A DNA stretch of 52,805 nt, filler included, from Bipalium vagum (lineage: Eukaryota), in the NCBI GenBank assembly GCA_037834085.1. It is 3 parts of 3 records of this genome, joined end to end, with 100 filler letters (N's around TTAATTAATTAA, not from the genome) between each part and the next. Parts side by side here need not be neighbours in the genome. Positions count along the whole stretch, not along the records: positions 1 to 16,573 come from JBBMKC010104697.1; positions 16,674 to 33,492 come from JBBMKC010092372.1; 1 more part is not named here. One strand, given 5' to 3'. This document shows, piece after piece, positions 11,850 to 24,630 of this stretch (positions are counted from its first letter, which is position 1; every line of letters starts with the position of its first letter). The notes beneath the pieces are model-generated. The model saw only the letters and a program-made list of their open reading frames with translations, had not been told where the DNA came from and did no database searches. The position numbers and the translations under genes were made by a program.

Positions 11850-14014
11850 TAGACATGTTGCCACTCAAATCAATATATATAGTAAAAATTTTTAAAAAAA
11901 AGATAATAAATGTTTTGTTTATTCTGTAATTACTTATTTACATCCAACAATAGATCATAGCAATAGAGTAAATAATTATGCTCAATATATAATTGAATTA
12001 AATTTAAATGATATAAATTTTAATAAACAAAATAATATTTCAGTAAATGAAATATTTGAAATTTAAAAAAATAAAATAATAACACAGATTCATATAGAAC
12101 ATTTTATAACTCATCCAACTATAGAAGATAGAACATATAATTTATTATTATATAAAAAAAATTATGTATTATATAAAAATATGCATATCTTTGCTAATAA
12201 AAAATTGAATAAAATCATCTTTGATTAAATTCTTATCGTTTAGAAAATTTATTAAAAGAACATTTTTAGAAAAGAACAATAATTTATAAAATCAAAAACA
12301 ACATTTCATTATGATGAATATTGTCAATTTAATAATTATTACTTTAAAAGTAAAATTCCATTTGTATTATTTGGTGATTTTGAAACGTGGAATTTATATG
12401 AGGAAAATTCAGATATAAATCAAAACCATTATCAATAGGAATTTATATTAAATCGAATTATCCTGAATTATATGAATCAAGATATTTTGAATGAATTTAT
12501 TAAGAGAATAAATGAAATAAACAAACATAGTAAAAATGCAAATGATTATTACAAAGATGAAATAATTTTATCTGAAGAAGAAAAAATAATTATTCAAATT
12601 TTAGAAAATGTATTTATTGTAAGAAGGAATTACAAGATGATAAAGTTAAAGATCATGATCATTTAAATGGAAAATATAGAGGAGCAGCTCATAATAAATG
12701 TGATATAAATGATAAGTCAATTAAAAAATTTTATTTTCTAATTTTATTTTATAATGGATCTGGATATGATTTGTATTTTTTTTCAAAGAATTAATGACAA
12801 AACATATAAAAAAATATAATTCCACATACAGATGAAGATTATATAAGTTTTAGTTTTAAGAATAAAAATTTCTAGATTCTTTAAGAATGTGTTCCAATAT
12901 TTCTGTTAAAGCTATGGGAGAAAATTTATTAAAATCTAATAAATTTTAAATTTTAAAATCATATGAATTAAAAGCTAAGAAATCATTTTATCCTTATGAG
13001 TATACTAAAGGTTCTAATTATAATGAAGTTGATAAAATAATATCAAATAAACTAGATTTTAAGATAAATGATTTTAATAATAAAACAAATGGTTCTTTAA
13101 CTGAAAATGATTTAAAATGATATAAGAATTTTAATAATTTTAAAGATTATATGTTTTATTATTTGAAATCAAATGTTTTAATATTTTAATAATTTTTGAT
13201 ATTTTGAAAATTTTAGAGAAGCATGTTTAAAATTCTATGACATAGATCCTTGTTATTGTTATTCAACTCTAGGTTTAAGGTGAAATATAGGATTCAAATT
13301 TACAAACGTAAAATTAAAATATTTTATAATACATACATGATTATTTATTGTTAATTGAAAAAGGTATAAGAGGTGGAATTTACTCTGTACATATAAATAG
13401 ATATATTAAATTAAACAATAAAATAACAAATAAAGATTTTCATTATTCTTATGAACCTTCTAAATATGAATGGAATAAAGCTATACAGAATTTTAACAAG
13501 AATAAGAACTTTGACTTTAAAGAAAGATATTTAAAATATCATGATGCTAATAGTTTATATTCTAGGTGTATGACAAAATGTTTATGAACAGAGGAAATGT
13601 ATGAAGATGAAAATTTAATTTATAAAAGAACTGAAAGATCAAAAATATTTACCGAAAATATAGTAGCATGTCACATGAAAAAATCCTAATATATAATTTG
13701 ATAACTTTAATTATATAGAATTCTTTGTATTAGAATATTCTAAATTTATAATATATGATGTTGTTTATAATTTTTTAGAAAAAGAATTGTTTGGAAAATA
13801 TGAAATTCATTTTGGTGATACAGATTCATTGTTAATTGAATTTATTTTAGATGAGAATGAAACTCTTAAGGTTATAAATTCCTTTGATGATAAACGTTTA
13901 ATTGATAATAATGGAATAAATATTTTTCCACCTGGATATTCAATTAAATGTAATAATTGGGTTTATAGATTAGAAGTTATTTCTGGAAATTATGAATGTA
14001 TATGTTTACGATAA
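11850..14014 (+). pseudogene. Polinton-type protein-primed DNA polymerase B pseudogene
   Basis: Motifs occur in order: DNKCFVYSV..LHP (11902), KIPFVLFGDFE (ExoI, ~12352), KVKDHDHLNGKYRGAAHNKC (HNH/endoVII-like, ~12642), FYNGSGYD (ExoII), FLDSLRM, FYPYEY, DIFENFREACLKFYDIDP, IEKGIRGG, YHDANSLYSRCM (motif A), HFGDTDSLL (motif C). There are many stops and frameshifts, and motif B was not found. Confidence 0.9.
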
Positions 14015-14339
14015 AATATATTAATCTAAACTTTTAATGTAATAAATACTTTATTTATATAAAAATGAGTGAAATAGATAAAAAAAATTTGAATTAAATA
14101 AAATTTTATATTTAAAGGATTTATATTCTGATTTATCAGATTTTCAAATTTCAAGTTTATAAAATATTTATGATTATTTAGATATTAAGTATTTTATATT
14201 TCCATGTTAAGAATAGTAATAGTTTATTTATAAAAATATAATTATTAAAAACGTAAATTTAAAAATATTTATAAAAACATTCTAGAGGTTTTGTCTAACT
14301 TTTGTTTCAATATTAAACATTTTTCCTTATTTAATTTAA

Positions 14340-14748
14340 TGGAAATTCTTCTGCAAATTTTTTTGTGAACATAAACTTTTACTAGTTTTATATCCTTTAT
14401 TTTCTTTTGTTGGATTATATTCAATTTTATCTGGTATCTATCTAAATATTTCCCCATCATTGTTTTTATCAATCATTATAAAATTTGTTATAGAATTTGA
14501 TTGACTTACATTTTAAATTGTTTCTATTTCAGTTGATCCTAATTTCAAAGTTGTATTAGAAAAAAATATGGAAAGAAGTTATTTTGTAAGGTTTTATTTT
14601 GGTTATCTTTTATATCTAGAATTTAAATTTCAAAAACTAAAATTGATTCTGATAAATCTAAAACAATTTCTGATTGTAAAATAGAAAAAGCTAGATTTCC
14701 ATTATTATTTAAATTTGTTGCAGTTGTTAAAGAAATAACTAAATAGTC
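14340..14748 (-). pseudogene. Polinton/adintovirus-like major capsid protein, N-terminal remnant
   Basis: Reads TTATNLNNNGNLAFSILQSEIVLDLSESILVFEI*...TLQNNFFPYFF/SNTTLKLGSTEIETI*NVSQSNSITNFI. This fits the MCP N-terminal pattern LNNxxxIxFxIxxxDxxxxxSESYLxxE...LxNNxxxxLFxxxxxxLxxxEIE. Confidence 0.6.
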
Positions 14749-14749
14749 A

Positions 14750-15384
14750 CATGGTGAAAAATTGGAAATTTTGGTCTTTCAATGATTCTAGGTCCTCTTG
14801 AAACACTATTCAAAGGAAAGTCTTTCTTAATATTATATTAATTCTTTCTACCATTATAAAATCCTCCTTCAACAATATTACAATCAATCATGATTTTATT
14901 TATCTTTGAAATTTTCACTGGTTTTGATTCATAATCACCTGTATAATGTTTGTTTTGAAATCCTAATAATTTTCCGATTGGATTTTCGGAAAAAGAAACA
15001 ATACAACCTTTATATATATTTTCATTACATAGCTTGAAGAAATGGAAATACGATTAATTGATACATAATACCTTATGATTTTAATAGTTCTACGTAATTC
15101 TTTTATGCTTTTAAGTTCATTCTCAGTATATGTAGATATATAAAAAATTTCATGTTTCTGGAATTATCTTTATTTTTCGAGATACTTTTTTTCCTTTTGA
15201 ATCTGTAACAACTACATCTATTCTATTATAAATATGTTAGGTTAGCCAAACACATCCCTGTTAACCATTGTAAAAATTATATGTTATTATCCATTTTTTA
15301 ATATATATTTTAATCAGAATCTATATCAAATGTAACTTTCATTTTTTCACAAAAATCATTAGTGATACTTTTTGATTTTTTCAT
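14750..15384 (-). pseudogene. Polinton/adintovirus-like minor capsid (penton) remnant
   Basis: Reads YESKPVKISKINKIMIDCNIVEGGFYNGRK...FPLNSVSRGPRIIERPKFPIF, matching SxxPVxIxxINxIxIxCNIVxGSYxNG...FxPxVxPGYKIIExP. An ATG lies at 15384. Confidence 0.6.
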
Positions 15385-15814
15385 TTATTTAATATTTTTA
15401 AAATTAAATGATCTACATTATCATGATTTGCCTTCATAGCAGACAAATATTTTTTTAAAGTTATAAATTTATAAGTAAATATTTCGGTTTGAAATTTTTA
15501 TATTCTTGTCCATCTCGTCTTAATTTTATATTTAGGTTTTATTCCGTTTTTATATTTTTAATGTAAATACTAAACTAGATTTTGATAATTTTATTATTTG
15601 AAGATAATTACTCAAATATTTTACTTTAAATGGCGTTTCTCTATTTGGATTAAATTTTCCTTCTGATATTAATTTTAAATCTTCATTTAATTCAAATAAT
15701 TTTTCATCGTTTGGTTTTTGATCATTTGAATTATTATATTTTAATATTTTTTTTTCATTTTCTTTAATAATTAAAAATGGAATTTCATTTATTAATAATG
15801 TGTTACCTATAATT

Positions 15815-16480
15815 GATGGAGTAATGGTTGATTCCTTACTACTGAGGAGGATTTGGGTAATACGTTGTGTAATGTAGAAGGAAGATTTGATAGAGTAATA
15901 AAGAAAGGAAAACGGTTTAAAAGAGCATCGTTGTTGGAATGTTTGATAAATTAGGTGGGGCCCGTTATTTTAGCTCAATAGACCTGGGTAATAGCTATTA
16001 ATGGTTATCCAAGTGAATTGGACAAATATTTGAAAAAAAGATTGTCTTTTCTACTAAAGATGGTCAGTACTGTTTTAAAAGAATATCATTTGGAATTGCA
16101 ACGGCATCAGGAACGTTTCAAGAAGTAATGACAAAAGTCATCAGCAAAATCAAAGGAGCTATATTACTTATAGTAAATCTATAGTATATCTAGATGATAT
16201 TCTGGTTTGGAAAGAATTACATTTTATTTTGGAAAATCGTTGCAATGTATTAAATCAAGTATAAATGAGCATTAAATAAGATGGTTTAAGAATTAATCCG
16301 TAGAAATGTCAGTTATTAAAGGAGGAGGTCATATTCCTCGACCATATTATAAACAAAGATGGTGTTCAAACAGACCTATCGAAAATTAATGATATCTGAA
16401 CGTTTTTGCAACCGAAATGTGTAAAAATCCTAAGGAGCGTTTTGTGTATCAGCAACTAGTATAGGCAATTCATAAAATTG
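15815..16480 (+). mobile_element. Ty3/Gypsy LTR-retrotransposon reverse transcriptase relic
   Basis: Reads MFDKLGGARYFSSIDLGNSY...FSTKDGQYCFKRISFGIATASGTFQEVM...VYLDDILV...KCQLLKEEVIFLDHIINKDGVQTD, with stops and frameshifts. Confidence 0.9.
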
Positions 16481-16573
16481 TATGTGTGGAGACTACGTTC
16501 AACAAACCCTACAGCTCAATCAAAACAACCAAAACCAAGTGGATCAACTCAACCGAACCCTGCGACAGAGTCA

Positions 16574-16673
16574 NNNNNNNNNNNNNNNNNNNNNNNNNNN
16601 NNNNNNNNNNNNNNNNNTTAATTAATTAANNNNNNNNNNNNNNNNNNNNNNNNNNNNNNNNNNNNNNNNNNNN
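16574..16673. other. artificial scaffold gap (44 N + TTAATTAATTAA + 44 N)
   Basis: An exact 100-nt construct, repeated identically at 33493-33592. Confidence 0.95.
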
Positions 16674-18019
16674 TTTAAAAAATGAAGGTCAAACTGTACT
16701 TACATTTTAATTGTTAATGTAAATAAACAATCAATTGTAAATATTGATATTTAGCGGCGTATATTAAGTAAAAAAATATCAAATTATCAAAACTACTAAA
16801 AAACGCACTGACTTTTTGAACAACCCAATATTTTAAAATTCTCATATTAAAATATTGGATTTTCATTTTTGTTTAAATTTTAGCAATGGAGCACAAACTG
16901 ACAAAGAAATTCGATAAAATTACTTATATATGAATGGAAATTATCACCCACAGCATCGGAAAATGCTGAAAACAATAATTTGGCAAGATATAGCTAATGA
17001 GTGCACTATTATGCGTTCCCAAAAGTACATTAGGAATATGATATTACCACCCATTTGGTGTTCATAAAGAAATACCGCTATAGTTTTGATGTCGTTCATC
17101 TCATATTCAATTGCTTAAAGAAAATTTGGATATTTTTTCTTTATTAAACATTTTTGTTGATTTATCTTTTTAAAAGATTTCGCTTTAAGATATAAACAAA
17201 TTTATATTAATAAAACAAATTTTCATTTAACACTTCATGAAAACCGCCATGATTTCTTTACAACCTTATAAACAAGTTGATTGAACTATTATTAACTATA
17301 CTTATATATTATCTCAAATTATATTTTAACAAGATCCATTAAAAATAATTATCATTTTATTACCATTGTCTTTCTCTGGTTAAGACGTTTAGATATTAGG
17401 ACAGGCAAGATTGTCTATCAGATTCTATGGAAATCTTTTAAAAATAATTTTACACAAATTGACCGATTTAAGAATATTAACTGTGAATTCAATGACTTCA
17501 ATATCTAAGTCACATAATATTGTAAATGATAAATTAAAAATATTATTTATATATAATTGATATCATTTTAAATAATATGAAAAAAATTATCCTTTATAAT
17601 TCTCCATGAAAAATTACTATATTATTTTAAATTGAATATTATTCAAATGGGTAACATGACGCTTTGAGTCAATATTTGCATTTTCAATTTTAATATTAAA
17701 TTGCCTTTAATGGGAAATTATTTTCAATGTTTATTTTACAAATTAATTAGTCAGAATAACCCAATAATCAAATAGTAAAATAAAATAATAATGTCAATAT
17801 TTATATTAACCAAACCTGCTTTGAACCTGACCTCAATATGTTTATGATAAATAATTCATTCTTATTCTCACTTCTAAGGATATATAGAATTCAAAATCTA
17901 TATTCTACTTCTTACGTTTTACTTATGTTAGTATTGATATAAACCAAGCTCACGAAGACCTGACTCTAAATAGTTTAGTTTCCGCTAATGGATATGAGTC
18001 AAAACACAATTCTAAATCT

Positions 18020-18600
18020 TTTAATGAACAGAAACATACTAACAGAACAACCGTGTATCTCATATTATTTTTTCAAAACATCTCACTAAACAACAAAATA
18101 TCTCAAACTTCGGTCTATCGATTTTCTCAATGATAAAAATGAAAAAGTTCAAATAAAATTACAAAAAAAAGTTTCGCCCAAAAACGTATGGCTTTGTATT
18201 TGGTGGGACTGGAAAGGAATTATAAATTATGATTTGATTTTTAAAAAATGAAGCAATTGATTCTACACCAAGTTCAATTTTTTGAAGGCAGAAATCGAAG
18301 AAAGCGACCGGGATTGAGCAATAAATATGATTTAATCTTTCAACGAGATAAAGTTAGTCCACATGTTTCTTTATAGATTAGAAAAATTTTTTTGCAATTT
18401 TGCTGGTATGTTTTGCTCTACCAAGCTTATTCACCAGATCTGGTACTAGTAGAATTCTCTTTAGGGGAAAATATTTCAGTTCTTTAGAGCATTGTCAAAG
18501 GCGCTTGGATCGATCTAAAACCAGAGAAGTTCTAGGTTGGGATTTTCAAATTACCTAACAGATGTAGAAAAGTCATTGATGTAATATAACATTTTATAAT
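18020..18600 (+). mobile_element. mariner transposase relic
   Basis: Reads PKNVWLCIWWDWKGIINYDL...KRPGLSNKYDLIFQRDKVSPHVSL...AYSPDLVL. Confidence 0.85.
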
Positions 18601-20064
18601 AATAAAAAATCGATTTTAAATCTTTTTAAAAATACGAAGATTTTTAACTCAGCACAATTTTTGTTCTCCTAGACTTACATATGATTCAAGATCATGTTTA
18701 TGTTGGTAGGATAATTTTATATATATTTCTCTATTCATTAATTTTTTTATTTTAAATAGAAATAATAAATGAAATAAAATAATATATTTCACCAATAATT
18801 ATTTATTTATATATTTTAATGAAATGAAAAAGATATTTTTAATACTACCTTAGAAAAAGAAGATTTATTTTTGAGACTGGTTGTACTGAAAAGGTATTCA
18901 TAAAGTCAATTGTTGAAATTTTTAAAATTTAAACAATACTAAACCCTAAACAAGTTTGCCTGGCTGCACCCATTAAAATCATAACTGATGAGAGAATAAT
19001 TAACTATTATTATTATTTGATTAATTTTTAATTACATTCTGATAATTTGTTTTAATTGTTAAAAAAAATTTCGTTTAATCTTTTCTTTAATATTTTTGTT
19101 TAAATTAATTAGTATTATTGTTGCTACTATCTATTAATCAATTTTCTTTATTTCACTCAAGATTTTTAATATTGACTTTTCTCCGATTCACTTTCATCAT
19201 TCCTTTTTTCATAAACTTGTTTTGATGATTTATTAAGATTAATTCAAACAAAATTATTTGAAAAAATAAAAAAAAAGAAATTAACCTTTTTTATTTTTGA
19301 CTACCCTATAATATGATGATGATAATAACTATTTACTATTCACTAAAAATGTTAATTAATAAAAACATCAATTAATTTTTTTATTGTTATTAAATACCAA
19401 AAATATTCATTATAATTATTTTTTTAAATAAAATTTTTTTAAAAAAATTAATTTTAATTTTAAAATTAAATTTTAGATTAATAATTCTATTTTTTTATTT
19501 TTTTAATATTTTTTCATGGTTAATAATATTATTATCATTGATTTTTTTTTATTATTATTATTTATTTAGTATTATTAAATTAAATATATAATCCACCTTC
19601 GAATTTTTGTTAATATTAAAACAAAATTAAAATCTTTTATTATTTTTTATTTATTATCTATTTATTTTTATAAAATTATTTGTTATCATTTTTAGAAATT
19701 ATACAGATTTTCAGTCGTATTTTTAACTATCAGACTGGTGCAAAATTAATTCAGATATGTGGTTTTCATAATTTCGAGGTAAAGAATCGATATCATAAAA
19801 ATTGTTTCAATATATCATTTTAAAGATTATCAAATGCTCGTCATTCAAATACCCATCATTACATAAATTAATCAACATAATATCTTTGTATTTAGAAGAA
19901 AAACGACAAATGTCTAAAGAAGATTTATGAATAATATATTATGTTGTAACATTTTTTTTCTTGATTTTGAATAATATATAAGTCAATTAACTAAGTAATA
20001 AAACATTTTATTTAAAAATAATAATGAAAAATTAATCGATAATGCAGTTTTTGTTTTATTATAC

Positions 20065-20380
20065 AGTAACTTCCCCATTTTTTATCAGTTTCTCGAAACC
20101 TTTATTCCTCAAATTATTAGAGCTACCTATGAAGAAATTGGTTAACAACTTTTTAAGCTCTTCCTTCTTCTCAAGAGTATTTCTTTTCATTTAGTTAGGC
20201 AACAAGTGCATTAGAGAGAAATATGCTAGGCGCAAAGTCTGGGAAATACGGAGCTTCAGACTGTTGGAGAATTAAAATAAAATAGCAATAAGTGGCAGAA
20301 ATGGTGTTTTGATCAACTGGCACTGCATTTCAAATCTGTCAAATTTAAATAAACTCAAATGACATCAAAAACCTTACCAT
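20065..20380 (-). mobile_element. mariner C-terminal relic
   Basis: The minus strand reads APYFPDFAPS (compare PPYSPDLAPS) ...EELKKLLTNFF...GFEKL. Confidence 0.55.
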
Positions 20381-21899
20381 ATTTTTGTACTTCATAAAAA
20401 GATTTTCAAATAAATTAATTTGATATTAAATAAATATGATACAGTTAAACAAGATCATAGAATAATAAAATGGCGAAAAACCATTTTACAACCTAATACG
20501 TATGACTAAAACATTTGTCCAGTTAAAAAGGAGCAATTTTATATTATATTTTAAGATATATTTATTAATATTTAAAGTAATTATTATTCTAAATAGCCGA
20601 GCAATTATCAAACTGATTTTAACTATTTTCATAGTCTGCATTTTTCTATTTAACAATAATGATAAATGCATTTATTAAACAGTTACAGTTATTGGGAATT
20701 TTAAAATTTTATTGATTTTTAGAAAAATTTTCATCAAATGTCTAAAGATTGTTGAGATAAAACTTTCGTTTGACTTTGCTTCGTCAATTTAATTAAAAAT
20801 ATTTTCAAGACTTAATAATTAAACAATTATAAAATACATATAAATAATAATAAAGTATTTCTTAATTTTAATATAAAATTTAACGTAATTTTTTATAAGA
20901 ATTATAAAAATTTTTAATCATACTACTGTAATCAAAATAATTCCGGAATATTAAAAAAATAAAAATTACATAGAAATAATTATGTTTAATAAATTTAAAT
21001 AAATAATTAATTAATTAATTTTAATAATTTTAATTTTTAATACAAGTGGTATTGTCTCCTTTAAACTAATCATCTTCACATAGAATATATAATAATATTT
21101 ATTCCAACGTTTTCTCTAATCTTTCATGTACTTCTCTTATTCAATTCTGAATATTTATCTTAGATACCTTTTTTTTGTTTTATTGCTTCAATAGATTAGA
21201 ACCAAAGCTCGCAAAGTTGAAATTTAACAACCCAAAGGACACTTTATGTGAACATACCTGTTGATCCGATAAATACTTTTATAACTTTATGTTCTGGCCA
21301 TTATTGGAAAACTGAATCATGTCATTTATTTTATTTTATTTATCCTTATTTACCACAAGATTGATCTTTTGATTATGTTTTCTTCAAAAATCGTTATGAT
21401 AAAAGAATAGACATCGGTTTGGTCTCTTCATGTATAACTTAATTTATAACAAAATTTGTTATAAAATTATTATTGTGAAACATATTTCGAACTTTCTTTT
21501 CAGTTCTTCGTCAGTCATTAAAATAGATAATATTAAAAAAATATATTTTTTTTATAAATATATAAAATAAATAATATTAAACATTTTAATCCATTAAATT
21601 ATAGTATTATTTTTTAATTAATATATTTTATCAAATCCTGGTTGATTAGGATTATTCTTTTATTTGTATAAATAATATTTATAATTAATTAGAGAACACT
21701 GACAATCCATTGGTTTTTAATTTCTTCCAACCAGATATTAATATCTGGTTGTCGTTTTTTGACAGCCATTTTCAGTTTTATTGAACACATTTCATTTTTA
21801 TCACAAGTTTATTAGTATAAATGAGAACAAATAATTCTCAGAATCATAAAACAAGAAAATTAGTTAGCAGAGAAAAGTTAGCCATATTTAAATCTTTAA

Positions 21900-22403
21900 T
21901 GGAAACCGAAAAAAGAAAAGCACTTATCAACATCTTCGTATCAAATATAAAAATTGAGATTTAAATGATTTTTCTTTTTAAGATTTTTCAGATAATATAA
22001 ATTCAAAGAAGGACAAGGGTTTATTGAAAGAAAAACTTTCTTGTCCCAATACGACATTACGAGACATATCCAAGAAGGTTCAAACATCAATGTCAAAAAT
22101 TTCAAGAACTATTAAAGATATGTGTTATTCGAAGAAAGTGATAACAAAAATCCCAATACATACAATATTAGTGATTCTAATCATATCTTTTTTATCGAAA
22201 CTGAGTTCAACTTACATGTAACACTTCCATTATTTAAAAAAAGGACTTATAATTCAGATTGTCACAGATTTTATTTTAGAAAAATTAAAAAGACCAATGT
22301 AGTAAAAACTACTTGTCTTAAGAAAGTGTTCACCTTACACTTTTTGCCTCCATGCCCGCCTCAATTCGGATTTTTTTCGTCTTGGAATTTATCAACGTCC
22401 TAA
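21900..22403 (+). mobile_element. Tc1/IS630-like transposase relic with internal deletions
   Basis: An HTH-like segment PNTTLRDISKKVQTSMSKISRTIK, then IFFIETEFNLH (compare IFxDETGFNLH) and LHFLPPCPPQF (compare FLPPYSPQLN). Confidence 0.65.
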
Positions 22404-22843
22404 AAAATGGGCTAAAATCATTGCTAACGATAGTCATTACTTTGATTATTTTATCTTTTTCTGTTTATGTGTAAATAAATATTCAAAGTTGTTAAGAAAT
22501 GACTCATTTTTAACACACACTTAATATTTTTGAAACTTTATTATTATTAAATATTAACGACGTTCAGATAAATAAATCATTCTTTTAATTTTTAAAATCA
22601 TTTTACCCAGACTAATTTTTTCTTATCATTTATCTAAAATCCATGTTCTCAATTCAGCTTGTTAATTAAAAGTGATGTGTTTATAAAGCCTAAACTTTAT
22701 TCAACCTCGACAATTTTGAAATTGTATAAATTATGCAAATTGAAACGGATTAAATTTGCCACAATTTCTTATTAAAAGAATATTTTAAATATATGGAAAA
22801 ATAATAAGTAAATAAATATTATTATTATTATAAAAGTTCATTA

Positions 22844-22962
22844 TACATGATGTGTAGAAATATATTTAATATAATAATGCACATTTTTGAAATAGTAACA
22901 TTTACTTAATAAAATTTAATATTTTCCTACAGAATGACCATTAACTTTCGTACACTCATGTA
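22844..22962. mobile_element. candidate ~120-bp TA-flanked MITE
   Basis: The left end tacatgatgtgtagaaa aligns to the reverse complement of the right end, tacatgagtgtacgaaa, with 2 indels. Confidence 0.35.
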
Positions 22963-23169
22963 ATTATACGAGTCGAATGACACATTATAAAAATTTTGGC
23001 ACATTTAATATAATATTAATATAATAATATTTTAGTTACATATTAATTGACACAATCTTTAACTGAATGAAATAAGCTTTGTGTATCTAATTGAAATACA
23101 ATTAAAATTATTATTAAGTTTTGTTTTACCACTCTAAATTGATAATTCATTATTATAGACAAATTTGAA

Positions 23170-24159
23170 ATGACCATGAATTCTGAGAAAATTAGAATAT
23201 GTATGTATTATGAGTTCAAGCTGAACTATTCCGCTGCACAGGCAACTCGTAACAGCATGCAAGCATTTGTTAAGAACAGTATTACAGAGCGTATGGTTCA
23301 GAGTTGATATGTACCTTTTCGTTCCGGAGATTTTTTGACTTCAAGATAAACCTCGTGAAGGACACCAATCAGTTCTTGACGATGAAGTTTTGAAAATGCA
23401 TGTTAGGTGGGTTTTACACAAATTGAATGAAAAAATAAATACCAGTGTCTGTGTATCTGCACTGCTTTGGTACTACGAAACAACAATGACCCTTTTTGAA
23501 CAGAATTATTACCAGTGATGAGAAGTAGATCACTTATAACAATTCTTGTGGCTCTGAACAATGGCTTGATGCGAGTAAGCCTGCAGGGAAAGGGGCAAAA
23601 TGAGACATTCATTTTAAGAAGACAATGGTAAGTGTCTGGTCGTTCATGTCTTTAATCTACTTTGAGTTTCTTAAACGAGGCGAAACCATAACATCTGATG
23701 TCTACTGCAAATTGCTTGATAAAGTTCATCAAAACCTTAAAATTCAGCAAGCATCATTGGTCACCAGAGAAATTCCAATGCTCCTGAAAGATAATGCAAT
23801 ACCTCACACGTCAAAATTAACTGTACAAAAATTGGAAGACCTCGGCTACGAAACTCTTCATCATCCTACTTACTCATCAAACATCGCCCCTATAGATTTC
23901 CATTTATTCAGGTCTCTGTCAAACTTTCTTGCAAGCTCGCCTTTTAAAAACCAAGACGAGGTGGAAAATGCCCTTCGCGGATTCATTAATTCCCAAAACC
24001 AGAAATTTACAGATCATCAATTGAAATGCTAGTGGAATGTTGGCTACTGGTTATAGATGATGGTGACTATTTCAATGAATAAATTTTATTATATTATTTA
24101 ATTATGTTTGTTCAAAGTTTGTGTCATTAAAGCTGATATTACTTTTTAACAACCTAATA
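23170..24159 (+). mobile_element. mariner element (cecropia/Hsmar1-like), pseudogenic transposase 23170-24083 plus 3' TIR
   Basis: Reads MTMNSEKIRICMYYEFKLNYSAAQATRN...RIITSDEK...MVSVW...LLKDNAIPH...HHPTYSSNIAPIDFHLFRSL...DGDYFNE*. It ends in the TIR-like tttaacaacctaata. Confidence 0.92.
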
Positions 24160-24184
24160 ATTCTACATTTTTAGTCATTGGAAA

Positions 24185-24630
24185 ATCGATGAAAGCTGGT
24201 GTTGTCATAATGAAGAAAAATTTGTCGATTTCGACTTTTCTCTCTAAATTTAGAAATCATTTGTGGTAAGGAAAATGTTATAAAATATTCATCATTGACA
24301 ATTCTTTGATTCTCTAATGTTATTGTTGCTACATACCCTTTTAATTCGAATAAACAGCCAGTTTTGTCTTTGCAAGACTGTGTGACAGAACTATTTCTAA
24401 TTATTTGAATTAACCTTTAAATACCCAAACACAGGATTCTTGCTTATTTTCAGAGTCGAACAAATAAATCCAATTTTCATTAACCATTGTGATGTTTTAA
24501 ATTAAATTTGAACGATAGCTATTAAATATCTGAAACATTTTTGGTATCTTTGTTCAGATGTGAAATTTAACGTCTACATAGCTTCCGTACTTTCAGTGTG
24601 TTATGCGAGGATACGTGAAGTCGAAACTAG
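24185..24630 (-). mobile_element. mariner transposase relic of a different subfamily
   Basis: Reads NITMVNENWIYLFDSENKQESCVWVFKG...KGYVATITLENQRIVNDEYF..FSLPQMI...IFLHYDNTSFH. Confidence 0.8.

Larger units (their letters stand above)
10600..15800. mobile_element. endogenous Polinton/Maverick (adintovirus-like) element relic; boundaries approximate
   Basis: A decayed protein-primed PolB (+) lies next to major and minor capsid remnants (-). No TIR pair, integrase, ATPase or protease was recognised. Confidence 0.75.

Noticed and set aside
9430-16480. A single Gypsy element enclosing the Polinton
   Set aside because: The putative integrase tail lies upstream of the RT on the same strand, the wrong order for one Gypsy element, and no LTR pair was found.
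16618-16629. Palindromic TTAATTAATTAA island within N runs, repeated at 33537-33548
   Set aside because: An identical 44N-12-44N construct with stops in all six frames is an assembly linker, not biology. Adjacency across these gaps is not guaranteed.
21350-21430. TDVYSFIITIFE on the minus strand resembling kinase subdomain IX
   Set aside because: There is an in-frame stop just upstream and no other kinase motif nearby.
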